Part shown: positions 1 to 10,303 of the stretch, in pieces | Layout: each line of letters starts with the position of its first letter | How positions within the stretch are numbered: the first letter of the stretch is position 1 | NCBI RefSeq assembly: GCF_000400465.1 | Contig: NW_008806274.1 | Coordinates: 660,244 to 692,243, forward strand | Direction of reading: 5' to 3' | Length of the DNA: 32,000 nt | Source of the DNA: Wallemia ichthyophaga EXF-994 | Lineage: Eukaryota > Fungi > Basidiomycota | The notes under the pieces: generated by a model | What the model was told of the DNA's origin: nothing | The model's input: only the letters and a program-made list of their open reading frames with translations | Databases searched by the model: none | Made by a program: the position numbers and the translations under genes

Positions 1-799
1 TTTGAGGGATTGAGTGTTGATTTTGGGGTGTAAGGTTGTTGAGTGGTGAATTAACTTGAGGGAGAGGAACAGATGAAGTTGGAACAGATGAAGGCATTCT
101 CTTTCTTCTCTTTATGATAGTCTTTTTCATATGTACGGGCCTGGGAGCGTTATGAAGTTTCTGATAAAGACCACAGGCGTTACATTGAGGTTTGCCATCA
201 TCAGTTCTTCTCCAAAGAGGGGTAGTAGTGGTGTTGCAATTTGCACACTGTAAGCCACCTAACTGTTGTGCGTGGTGTTGTTGCTGTTCGGGATTTAGAG
301 TGTTGGGTGGGGAGGGTGCGGGAGCGGGCGCAGGAACGGGAGGTTGCGGGACCGAAGAACTGGATTGAGACATCTCTTGAGATTTTTGTAGTTGATGCCT
401 TTGAGCGTTGTTATATGCGGGACAACCAGTGCAAGAGCTAGTACCACCTGTACCGTTGCAATAACCGCCACCGGGACAACTGCCAGAGGTCTTCAGAACT
501 TCGGATTGATTTATACAAGTAGATTGTAATGTGGTTGGCCTTGGAGTGTTTCTATTCTTTTCGTACAATCCTTATCAGATATCGTTATCAGCGGATAGTA
601 ATTGAGATAAGAGATTCTACTCACCACACGCATTACATAAATTCTGATCATTAAGGCCACGCCTCCATAGGGGAGTATTCCAAGTACCGCAATTTGAGCA
701 TGTGGTTTTGATCGCTGCATCACTTGTACTGCTTTGTGATATTGCAGCGCTTGTACTTGGTACTGGTTGCTCAATTCTCTCTATCTGTGCCGTGGACAT
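1..799 (-). CDS. sreA: Iron-responsive GATA transcription factor (SreA/Urbs1/Fep1/Cir1 family), 3'-truncated by window edge
   Basis: Exon 1 625-799, intron 571-624 (GTGAGT...AG), exon 2 from 570 to beyond position 1. Spliced product has two C-X2-C-X17-C-X2-C fingers ([26 protein letters not shown]; [50 protein letters not shown]). Between them lies the diagnostic Cys-rich iron-sensing region [24 protein letters not shown]. Confidence 0.95.
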
Positions 800-996
800 G
801 AATTATTGTGGTGGTAAGGAACAACGACGTCTCGACGAATGAGATGCGAGATATTATAAAGATTTACAATTATTTTCTATTTTATTGCTTTGATCTTAAG
901 CGATTAGACTATTTCACTTTCATAGCCTCATCCGGGTTTGCTTAACTGTTTTCATTCAATGTGAAGTTTTTCACCACCTAGATTGTGTGGATCATC

Positions 997-1005
997 ATCA
1001 GATAA
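997..1005 (+). promoter_or_regulatory. ATCWGATAA element (SreA/Fep1-type extended GATA site) in the sreA/ABZ1 divergent promoter
   Basis: Exact ATCAGATAA at 997-1005; matches the established SreA/Fep1 consensus. Function is inferred. Confidence 0.45.
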
Positions 1006-1073
1006 ATAAACGATTTCATCCGTTGTGGAGGCTGGTGAGATGGGTATTTTAACACTGTTAACACACAACAACC

Positions 1074-3296
1074 ATGACGATCAAGTTGTTGATTGTAGAT
1101 CATCACGATTCTTATACGAATAATATACTCAGTCTGTTAGCTGGGATTGAAGGTATATACACATTGGTCATAAATCATGATAAATTGTTTGATTACAAGT
1201 CAATCGATTCATTCGACGGCATAATTATCAGCCCAGGTCCAGGAAGATCTGATTATGATAGCGATTTCGGGATAAGCGCGAGTATAATCAAATATGCTTT
1301 AACCATAAATAAACCTTTATTAGGTATTTGCTTGGGTCATCAAGGCATAGCAACCACTCTATCACCTCAGTCCCGGTTGATCCCTGTGAATAGCTTGAAA
1401 CACGGCCATATCACTCCTATATCATTAAGCGAAAGCCCTTTGTTTAGAAATATTCAATCCATTATTAATGTTGTCACTTACAACTCACTCACTATCAATC
1501 CACCCCTTTTCAACCATTTCAACATAATTGCGACTGAATTACATGACAGGAGCTCTATCATGGCTTTAGAACACTCCTACGCTCCTCTTTACGGCTTACA
1601 ATTCCATCCTGAATCCATTCAATCTCAACATGGTTCACTTATCATGAACAATTTCTTAGATATTTGCCATAAATTCAAGAATGTCACTCTAGAAATACCA
1701 ACCCATCTCATAGAAAGCTCTTCTATTGCAATTCCATCTCAATCAACGCCCTGCGTCCAGGAATCTGCATTTAAAGTGACGCAGCGACCACTTGATCTAC
1801 CAGATGATCCTCAACAAGTCTTCAATTATAGCGTCAGACAATTAACAGGACTAGGAAGTGTCTGGCTAGACTCTGCGAGACTCATTCAAGGTGTTGAATC
1901 CATGTCTTATCTCGCAAAACCTGCTATTGCAATATCATTCAAGCTATCAGATCATTCTTTGAGCATAAAAACGGAGCATGAGGGATTTCAAGTAACTATA
2001 AATAGCTCATTTTGGAGCTGGTTTGATAAACTGCAGAATTTGATAGAGAGTTTAATAGATAAATCCCACATCAACTGCTTTTCAGTAGGATGGGTTACTG
2101 CATTGGGGTATGAACTCGGCAAAGAGTCGTTAGAAGGATATAACACGTGCCAGACGAAGCTCGACACCGATCATAATCAACGAAATCAACATAATCAAGT
2201 CGATGCCCTTCTGCTCTTCTGCAACAAAGTGCTTGCTTTCAACCACATCGAAAAAGCTTGGACGGAGTATGGGTTGGAGCAGACAGACAGGATTGACTAC
2301 GACAGTCTACCGCTAGAAGATGGCATGCGATTCATCCTCGATCGATTGCTCACCCCGCTACACACCGCACCACAATCTCAGACTACACATCCTCCCCCAC
2401 AACACCAATTCAAATGCACACACACACCCGAATCATACATCCGCGCGATAGAAGAAGCACGTCACCAAATAGCCCTAGGTGAAAGTTACGAATTGTGCCT
2501 AACGACGCGGTTCACAGCCGATGCCAGCGACATGGACCAGGAAGGTTGCTGGGAAGTATATAAGCAGCTGCGAGCGTCAAATCCAGCCCCATACGCAGCG
2601 TTTATCAACACACCCTGTCTGAATTTCGCAATACTAAGCAGCTCCCCGGAGCGTTTCATGAGGATGGATCGCGACAGAGCAGTGGAAATGAAACCCATCA
2701 AGGGCACAGTAGGCAGGGACAAGAATGATGTCCTGCGTGATGAGCAGCTAGCTGTTCATCTCCGCGATGACGTTAAGGAAAGGGCTGAGAATCTCATGAT
2801 TGTTGATCTGATTAGATCCGATCTAATGTCTTTCTGCGAGCCGGCGTCAGTGTATGTGCCACACTTGATGTGTATAGAAACTTTCGAGCTGGTTCATCAG
2901 CTTGTGAGTACCATCAGAGGTAGACGCACTCCCAACGTCGGCGTTGTGGATGGTATCAGACGTTCGTTCCCGCCTGGCAGTATGACCGGAAGTCCGAAAT
3001 TACGCTCTGTCAGGATATTGGAAAGACTTGAGGGAACTAATAGAGGTTTCTACTCGGGTTGTATTGGCTACATAGGCGTAAACGGTTGCACGGATCTATC
3101 TGTCGTGATACGGACAATCGTATATGCTGATCAGGGTGAGCATACTACCTAAGCACTATTCAAACCCACTCATCACGCATTAGAATTCAATATTGGTGCT
3201 GGGGGTGCAATCACATACCCTTCCATCCCTCAAAAAGAGTGGCAGGAAGTCCTCACCAAAGCCCGCTCTGTAGTGGGCACACTTATAGATTATTAG
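1074..3296 (+). CDS. ABZ1: Aminodeoxychorismate (PABA) synthase, fused glutamine amidotransferase + chorismate-binding domains
   Basis: GATase motifs ISPGPG, GICLGHQ, QFHPES; chorismate-binding motifs PIKGT, KERAENLMIVDLIRSDL, GSMTGSPK. Intron 3136-3183 restores the C-terminal EFNIGAGGAIT...EWQEVLTK; stop at 3294-3296. Confidence 0.95.
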
Positions 3297-3430
3297 TTTA
3301 CTTGGATACTGTTGTTGTATTGCATTTTTTGGTATGAATCAAAGTAATTTTACGTGAACAAGACTTAAAAAAAGAACACCTTTAGCTATCCACTAGAGAT
3401 GCAAATGACTGTGAGAGCTTAACAGAGATT

Positions 3431-4300
3431 TCATCTGCTAGTTGAACATAGTTCAGGTTGATCAATTTTAATGAGCTTTTTATCGAATTGGCCTGATTTA
3501 TACTGACGAAGAATTCTCGCCAAAAGATCAGAAGTTGATATTCCATTTGTTCGTCTGGTTGGTATAAACCTTCCTTGAGCTTTGACGAAAGTGTAGACAT
3601 CTTCGTGTCCCTGTGCAACATATGGTTCGCCATCATGAGCAACGAAATCTATCTTGTGATGATCCAAGAAGGCCTGGTTGATAACCCAAGGTGCATCCTC
3701 AATAACCTCATCGACCCATCTGCTATTTCTCACTGACTCTGCTCTCTCGAAATCGCTCATAACAGGCTTGGATTTGTGTGACTGACAAGTCTGCGCCGAG
3801 CAAACACCAACGATCAGCTCTACGTTCTCGAAAGACAGTTTAGCCTGTCGGAGTTGGAGAGAGTGGCCGACGTGGAACAAGTCGTAAACGCCATCTGCAT
3901 ATATTCTAATAGGACGATCGCTTGGCGGGTCAATTGTAAGAAAAGACTTGACGTAGCTTTGAATAGATTGAGGGGTGAAATTGGATGTCGATTGGTCTGC
4001 GAACTGGTCGACGTGCTTCGTTAAAGGAGCAGCTGGAGGTGTTCCACTGTCGATATTCGCAGTGGCAGAAGACTCGACGTCTCCATCGTAAGTCTGTGAA
4101 TCTGTAGCCTTCTTCGACTGCGATTGTACATTCTTGAACTGCTCGTGCTCGTCTGTCTTAAGCTGCTGTTGCTGGTGCTGTTTAGGCAGCGCCTCGTAGT
4201 CCGAGCTCGACAGTGGATCGAGATCATTATCCTCCTCGCTGCCATCCCTCGAGCTGGAAATGATCGCTTCTGGTTCTCCACGTTTTCTGTTTATGTTCAT
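3431..4300 (-). CDS. PCT1: Choline-phosphate cytidylyltransferase (CCT)
   Basis: IRIYADGVYDLFHVGH (HxGH), RWVDEV, FVAHDGEPY, RTNGISTSDLLARI. First ATG at 4300 (ORF track starts at an upstream TTG); single catalytic domain; no intron needed. Confidence 0.9.
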   Translation of the reverse strand: MNINRKRGEPEAIISSSRDGSEEDNDLDPLSSSDYEALPKQHQQQQLKTDEHEQFKNVQSQSKKATDSQTYDGDVESSATANIDSGTPPAAPLTKHVDQFADQSTSNFTPQSIQSYVKSFLTIDPPSDRPIRIYADGVYDLFHVGHSLQLRQAKLSFENVELIVGVCSAQTCQSHKSKPVMSDFERAESVRNSRWVDEVIEDAPWVINQAFLDHHKIDFVAHDGEPYVAQGHEDVYTFVKAQGRFIPTRRTNGISTSDLLARILRQYKSGQFDKKLIKIDQPELCSTSR

Positions 4301-4368
4301 CCTCGACGTCAAGTCCTAACAAGCAATTTCAAGTAAAAACGATCATCATCTGAATATATGCTTGATAA

Positions 4369-4752
4369 ATGCACGGCGATCTAATTTCACTAGACGAATC
4401 AGCGCCTATCATCAATAATCTATCCAATCAATTTCACGGCGTTGACGGTGTACTCGTTCTCGATAAATCTCAATTCTGTATCGGCGGTGAGCGATCACTG
4501 TGTTTCTATCCAAACGCTTTATCTGACTCTATCACAGCCAGTGGCTCTCTCAAGCAGTCTGATGCCTCTGTCGTCGCTGAGTTGACCGATAACGTGTGCA
4601 CAACCTTCAACAACGTCTACAAAATCCATCTTAGCGATAATCGTGGGTATGTACTGGATTTGTTGCTTTATACAGCTATTCTCAACCTCCTCAGCTACTT
4701 ATACCTCCTCAACAACCAACGAATCACTTTAGCCATCTTGAAGTCACAATGA
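4369..4752 (+). CDS. LAMTOR5/HBXIP-like roadblock protein (Ragulator/EGO complex subunit), about 94 aa
   Basis: Exons 4369-4486, 4538-4646, 4695-4752 (introns GTGAGC..CTGAC..CAG and GTATGT..CAG). Spliced: ...GVDGVLVLDKSQFCIGASGSLKQSDASVVAELTDNVCTTFNNVYKIHLSDNRGYLYLLNNQRITLAILKSQ. This aligns by eye with human LAMTOR5 ([29 protein letters not shown]...[24 protein letters not shown]). Confidence 0.7.
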   Translation: MHGDLISLDESAPIINNLSNQFHGVDGVLVLDKSQFCIGGERSLCFYPNALSDSITASGSLKQSDASVVAELTDNVCTTFNNVYKIHLSDNRGYVLDLLLYTAILNLLSYLYLLNNQRITLAILKSQ

Positions 4753-4775
4753 CCCATTTGTACATTATTACATAT

Positions 4776-5820
4776 TTAATCAGTATCCGCAGTAGCCTTT
4801 GACAGCTCCTTACGTATCTGTGTCGAACTCAACTTCAATTCCGCGCTCTGATCTACCAAGTCGATGACAAACACATCCAGTTCCTTGATCTTGTTCTCCT
4901 GCCTCTTGGCGTTGACTAAACGGAGTGGAGTGTTAGGCGGAAGACAGACCATATAAAGTGCAACCCACTCGCATCAGATCCTGACAGCGTCTCTGTCGAC
5001 ACCACGATACCGTCGATGTCACTATCCGTGGCCGTCGGTCCGTAGACATCATCGAGTGTGAATATATCGCATTCCAATTGTGGTGCTAGTCGTCTGACAA
5101 ATGCATCCACAGTCGCCTTGCGTGTGTGTATTGATTCCAATATCTCTGCGTTGTTCTTGCGCGTGAGCAGCGCCGGTCCTGACTTCTTAGCAAGGAATAC
5201 GACGCGGAAGAAGAAATGCTCACCTGTAACCCCAACAACTACCCTCCTTATGCTGAGATAGACAGCTAGCGTTAACAATACTTTGTGTCCCGCGTGTAGA
5301 TGGTCGAAAGTACCCCCGAGGGCGACAGTCTGGTGAACACCGACATGTACCCGCTCACTGCCAACTGTTTGTGTACCTCCTAAACTATCCACAACACGCT
5401 TATAAGGCACGTCATCCACGTTTGCACCTTTGAGAGAATCAAAGACTATTTCACTTGGTTAGAGGGCGGAATTGAAACATAGACTAGCTTACCAGATGGA
5501 GTGGAGAAAATTATATCCCAACCGCTCATTCTCGCCTTGTGGATCCAATCAGGCTGCCAGAATGCATCGAACCACACGTCAATGTTACCACCCCACCAGT
5601 TACATTTATTTTGTCTGCTCTCCAATAATAGGCTATATACTTCAATTAAAAATGACTGGAATTCCTTGCATCGCTGCTCGGGCTCGGGCTGCGAAGGCAG
5701 CTGTCCTATAAATATCAATCCGATATCGCTGGCCTCCTCAGCTGCCTCTTTCAATACGCCAATCAGTTCCGGGTATAAGATTAATTTTGCTGGTAAAGGA
5801 AGTATAGCGACCGTTCTCAT
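4776..5820 (-). CDS. CAB4: Phosphopantetheine adenylyltransferase (CoA biosynthesis, Cab4-like)
   Basis: Exons 5493-5820, 5224-5445, 4969-5178, 4776-4915. Motifs VALGGTFDHLHAGHK, DVYGPT, GIVVSTET, INAKRQEN, KLSSTQIRK. Confidence 0.9.
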
Positions 5821-7031
5821 TATCTAGTGATGACAGTGAAAAAGTGACATATTACGACATATGATCATCTTTGTATCGATATCTCTATAATAACTCTGCT
5901 TCTCATCGTCTACTGATCACTCGTATGATATTCGTCTCATCTCAAATTATTTGTCTGTTTTGTATACCCATTTGAATTATAATATCCAAGTGAGAATTAT
6001 CCACTAGCTCTTTCAGAAATCTCCCCCTATTTCTGACCAGCAGCTGCGATGAACCAAGACATAATGTGCTTCTCGTTGTTTCTCATAAGCTTGTACTTCT
6101 AGCCGTTAGCAAACACTGTGAGAGCACATTATACGAGTGTTGAGATGATTCAGTGAAGAGATAAATCGCGCTTGAAATGCAAAGATTCGAGAATCTTTCC
6201 TATGAACCGAGTGTTTGACGTCACTCGTTCAACTACGTGTATATCTGGCAGTACCTTTGAAATGTAATGAGGTGGATATTTGGATGTGGCTCTTTCTAAT
6301 CGTATTATTATTCACAACTTTTCAATGGAGTTGGCATATCTACATTTTTGTCCTTACAAGTGAATCCTACTTGTACAGCGACGGCAATATGTGTATGCGG
6401 AAGAAACTTTTTGTCGCTAGAGTTTTGAAAGTATATTTATCCATTGCGCATACAGATATAGAACGATTATCAAGGAACAGTGCGATGTCATTGCATCGTC
6501 GGAAGTTTTTCACGACCAAGCTCACACCACGCAGTCTGCTTTCGCAAATTAATACATCGCCTTCATCCGCAGCAGCAATATTATCCACTGACATCTTCAT
6601 GATCCCTGCAATGAATGCGATATTTATAGAAAATACAGCTCAATCTTCTAGAGTGATCGATATTCCTCCATCAGTGGAGGACACCGTATTAAAAATACAA
6701 TATTGATTACAGAGAGAAATGATCACTTACACAAAAAATGAAAGTTACCGAAAATGTCTATCATGTATGTGAAGAGAATGAAAAATCACATGAAACAATT
6801 GTCTCCCATGATGAGTATAGTTAATCCCGAAAAATATGGTGCCTGAGAGTTTAATTGTACGTCCTATCTTTTTTCGTGCAAATGTAAAAACGTAAAAACG
6901 TAAGAGTGATAAATAAAAATGACAAAAGTTGATCCTCAACTCCGTGTATATAATCCATTGTATTGAAATTGAAACCAGTATCCCACTGGTGATATATATT
7001 CAACACACCTTAAATCAATTCAGCCTACTCT

Positions 7032-8568
7032 TTAGAGAGCGAAAGTGACGAATGCAGTAGAAAGCATCAATGCAGCGCCAGAAGCAAGTGAGAAGGAACC
7101 ACCGAATGAGAAAGCGCTGGAATCACCGTCTTCGTCGCCGTCACCGTCACCGTCGGTATTATCGTTGCTGTTCGTGCTTGCTGCTTGTGCTTTAATAATA
7201 TCTGTAGCTGAGGCACCTTCAATTGAAGCGACGGTTGGGTTAGCTACGGTGGCCAATGCTCCGTTGGTACCGGTAACGGTTGCTGGAGGGTGTTCATTTG
7301 AATTGGTCGAGGTGGCAGCTTCTACCGAGGTGCCATTGTAGACATCTGAAACATACTCAGCAAAAGTCTCCCCGGTATTTTCGTCATCATCTCCGACATA
7401 GAGGTTGGTGATGTTTCTAGCAGCGTAGAATGGAACAACGTATTCAAACGCGTCTCTGATCTTTGGGAACATCTTCATAAACATGTCCATTGTTGGACCA
7501 GTGATTTCGTGGGTGAGGACAATGGTTCCAGCATCATCAAATGTACCATTTTTAGCAGCATCAATAACATCTTGATAATTTTGTTCAACTTTGTCTGGGG
7601 TAACCTCTGTACCTATCTTCCAATCGTTAGTGTCATATTCCCAAAGTGCTGTTCTGAGACCGAGGCCCTCAGCGATGATACGGATACGGTCGTCAACGTC
7701 ACCGAATGGTGGTCTCCAGCAAGTTGGGGTGACACCGGTGATTGCTTTGATAGCCTGTGGAGCGCGTTAGATTTGATCGCTCTAAGTAGTCATATCGTAA
7801 ACTCACCTTGATTGGGTAATAAAGCTCGGCAAAGGCACCCTCATCGTCAAATGATGTCATGTAGTGGTGTGACCAAGTATGCAAGCAAATCTGGTGCCCA
7901 TCTTCAACACCGCGTTGTGCTTGGTAAGGCCAATTCATTACGTTTGAGCCGATATAGAACATTGTTGCAGTAAGGTCGTTGTCACTGAGGAAGTTGTAGA
8001 ATGTATTGTGACTGCAATTTGGACCGTCGTCAAAGCCCAGACTCCAAGTGTTTGGCTGTTTGCTGTGTGAGTTGTTGATAGGGAGAAAAATTTCAGCGAA
8101 CGAACGCCACACTTACCTCCGGAGCTTTCCAGAAATCTTCAGCAAGTCCGTCTATCTTAGGAGAGGTGCACTTGTCATAGGTAAACCAGCAGTCAGGATC
8201 CGAGGCATCGTAGTCAGGCGTAGTGTTGGAGAAATCACCATCATGTGTACCCTTTGGCTGGATGTTGGACGGGATGACCTGCTTAATTTCGTTGTACTTT
8301 TGCTGTGCATCGTCATCACCATCGACAATAGTGGCTGGCTTCCAAATTTCAGGGAATTGGTCTTTGATGTTGTTAACGATATCTGCACTGTAAGGTTGAC
8401 ATTCTTCGGTAGGATCTGCAATGAACGAGAATAATTAGAAAAGTCAATCATCCAAGGGCTTTACTCCTCACCAGTGCTTTGGGCAGCTGAAGCCATATCG
8501 GTAACACTAGCAGACTGAGCACTTGCTAATCCCAGCAGGCTCAAGTAAGCAAAGTTTTTGAGTATCAT
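7032..8568 (-). CDS. GPI-anchored chitin deacetylase (CE4; Cryptococcus Cda1/Cda2-MP98 type)
   Basis: Exons 8472-8568, 8117-8415, 7807-8055, 7032-7754. Signal peptide MILKNFAYLSLLGLASA; CE4 motifs GFDDGPNCSHN, HTWSHHYM, WRPPFGD, VLTHEI; Ser/Thr-rich stalk and hydrophobic C-terminal GPI signal. Confidence 0.93.
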
Positions 8569-9237
8569 TGATGGTGGTGGTGTACTTTGAACGAAATATT
8601 AGGCCTGAGGGTCTACTCCACTTTGTGTACCTTGCTGCGATATAAAAATTCTTATTTGTGTCTAAGACCAGTGCATGTCTGAGGGCTTATAGATCTCGAT
8701 AAAGCCGTAAAACAACTATAAATTTTTCGCAGAGCCCTGATAACACTCTGTCCGCCTTATTGTGCAAGGCTATCGCATTTTCTTTGCCGAGCTTAGAATC
8801 GACGCACGGGCCAGCTAGGCGTACGAGGTTCGACATCCCAGAATAACACAGAGGATCAGTAACATCGAAGGTTGCAGAAAAGTGTTACTATTTTAACCTG
8901 TGTCTTCCTGGATTTTTCCTGTGGCTTTTTTTGGAGGCAGCTAGCGGGATTTTTTGGGTGTTTGTAGTGGACGCAGCGATAACTAGAAAGAGAATGCTGT
9001 AGATGCCACAGACAACTTCTCCACTTCACACGTCAAATAAGCCTCCACAGGGCAAGCGTTGTAAAATCACGATTCCCACCACTCCCGAAGCCACCAGAAC
9101 GCAGAAGCGCTGCACGAGAGTTGAGGCACCGTTTTCTCGCTTGTAAAATATACATCTTTGCACTCTTTACACACAAATTTTGCCCGGTTGATTACGCCCT
9201 CATTGGTTACGTCTGGTCACGTTTCCCCAACGACAAA

Positions 9238-10303
9238 ATGGAAAGAGAGGGGAGCTATATTGGAGACGGCGAGCACATTAGCCACAATCCAAGGCTTTCT
9301 AGGCTACTGCAGAATTCACCATCCATGTCAACTTCACCGACGAGTTCGCTGGTGTCTTCCTCTGCGGCGTCTATATTTGAGCGCGGTGAGTGGATTAAAG
9401 GCGTGCGCGAAGCACACTAAGACGAACACAGATATCGAGCCAGCCCATCCAATTCACACTGGCTTCCTTGGATCGAGAGAGGCCACAGACTTATCAACAG
9501 CGCCGGCACTGACAGAAGCATTTGAGGCTTTCGTCGGCAGCAATCCACAAGACTCAATCGGTGTTGAAATGACTTCAAACGTCGACTGGGGCAGCAACAA
9601 CTTACAATCGAGTATGATCAACAGTCCGTCGCAATCACTTATTCTTCCACCGCCTTCTCCTCCAACGCAAGACTCAGCGCTAGCTCCTGGCATACAATCA
9701 TCTATCTTACCAGCATCGCCACCAAATTCACCACCGCCACCGACACACCAACCACAGACATCATCACCACTAAACCCACTCGCGAATCAATCACCAAGAC
9801 TAGCATCACAGTCGCAATCCCTCGGCAGCACTTCCCCATCGCCCAATCTCTTAGAAAGTCCCGGCGCGTGTCACAGGATCAGCCTGCTCAGTTACGGGGA
9901 CGTTATAACCGAGAGACCTACATCAGCTGTACCGCTGCAGACTGCGCTAAACCAACAGTCGCCACCGCAGTCCCATCTTCTCAATGAGGGCAACGAGGGC
10001 GCTGAAAGCAGTGCATCTCCTGCTGCGAATTACGTTGAAGAGCGTAACAGGGAAGTTGAGAGAGCGGCTTTGAGTAAAGGTTTGGAAGCGCGTCTGGAGG
10101 CACTTTCGTTCCCTGAACCAGCTCTCACGCAAAATTTACCTCCAATGCGGCCCTCTTCAAGGAATGTTTCGCCGGTTCCGCCAGTCGCGTCTGATTTACC
10201 AGCTCCTGCGCCATCTGAAGAGCGTTACATTGAAGAGAAGGAGACAGTAACAGAGAGAGGTGCTGAGAGATTGTCACATCGTATTCAATCATTGGCTGTT
10301 TGA
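9238..10303 (+). CDS. Hypothetical Ser/Pro-rich, largely disordered protein
   Basis: Start ATG at 9238 or 9325; intron 9386-9431 (GTGAGT..CTAAG..CAG) joins IFER|DIEP; long open exon to 10303 with motif-like islands (RISLLSYGDVI; LSKGLEARLEAL). Confidence 0.75.

Noticed and set aside
8785-8840. GGTTCGACATCC resembling a tRNA T-loop/B-box
   Set aside because: One extra base relative to GGTTCGANTCC, and no acceptor stem, D arm or anticodon arm can be folded.
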